23,283 bases of DNA from Tubiluchus corallicola (lineage: Eukaryota; Animalia; Priapulida): the NCBI GenBank assembly GCA_030141605.1, contig JAQGDQ010001855.1, forward strand, positions 1-23,283, written 5' to 3'. Below the pieces are notes generated by a model, which worked only from the letters and a program-made list of their open reading frames with translations, was not told where the DNA came from and ran no database searches. Shown here in pieces: positions 22,495 through 23,283 of the stretch; the stretch's first letter is position 1, and every line of letters starts with the position of its first letter. The position numbers and the translations under genes were made by a program.

Positions 22495-23283
22495 GAAAAT
22501 TAATAATTTAAATTATCAAAAAAAAATCAATAGACAAAATTAACAAAAAATCAATAAGCAAAGTTAATAAAAAACCAGAAGGCAAAATTAACAAAATCAA
22601 TTAGCTAAGTTAATAAAAAAAACAGACAAAATTAATAAAAATTAATAAGCGAAATTAACAAAATCAATTAGCAAAGTTAATAAAAAATCAAAAAGCAAAA
22701 TTAATAAAAAATCAAAGAGCAAAGTTAATACAAAATAAACAGACAAAATTAACAAAAAATCAATAGACTAAATTAACAAAAAATCAACAGACAAAATTAA
22801 CAAAAAATCAACAGACTAAATTAAAAAAAATAAACAGACTAAATTAACAAAAAATCAACAGACTAAATTAACAAAAAATAAACAGACTAAATTAACAAAA
22901 AATCAACAGACTAAATTAACAAAAAATCAACAGACTAAATTAACAAAAAATCAACAGACTAAATTAACAAAAAAATCAACAGACTAAATTAACAAAAAAT
23001 CAACAGACTAAATTAACAAATAATCAACAAACTAAATTAACAAATAATCAACAGACTAAATTAACAAAAAAATCAACAGACTAAATTAACAAATAATCAA
23101 CAGACTAAATTAACAAAAAATCAACAGACTAAATTAACAAAAAATCAACAGACTAAATTAACAAAAAATCAACAGACTAAATTAACAAAAAATCAATAGG
23201 CAAAATTAACAAAAAATCAACAGACTAAATTAACAAAAAATCAACAGACAAAATTAACAAAAAATCAACAGACTAAATTAACA
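22495..23283. repeat. 24-bp A-rich minisatellite (cagactaaattaacaaaaaatcaa), cut by the window edge
   Basis: Period of 24 (for example 23101 and 23125); degenerate on the left and homogeneous on the right. Confidence 0.93.

Overview
This is eukaryotic (metazoan-like), AT-rich genomic DNA. The whole window lies inside one minus-strand axonemal dynein heavy chain gene of the outer-arm beta type (DNAH9/DNAH11/DNAH17-like). I reconstructed 12 consecutive GT-AG exons by hand (1836 nt, 612 codons). Their phases are compatible and there are no stops. They cover the C-terminal half of AAA1, all of AAA2 and AAA3 up to its Walker B motif, and the gene runs off both ends of the window. About 92% of the window is intron. 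The introns hold nine unrelated minisatellite arrays (units of 24, 31, 34, 38, 41, 68, 72, 118 and 152/135 bp), long microsatellites, and non-autonomous DNA transposons with piggyBac-, hAT-, Tigger/pogo- and Harbinger-type ends, some of them nested. I see no CRISPR array, RNA gene or prokaryotic system, and nothing I can call a new biological system. The most unusual signals are: a 131-bp tandem duplication that copies a dynein splice acceptor and creates an AG|GT recursive-splice or new-intron configuration; a multi-layer MITE nest; tandem arrays lying inside MITEs; higher-order repeat structure in two arrays; and CTCF-like motifs multiplied by two arrays.
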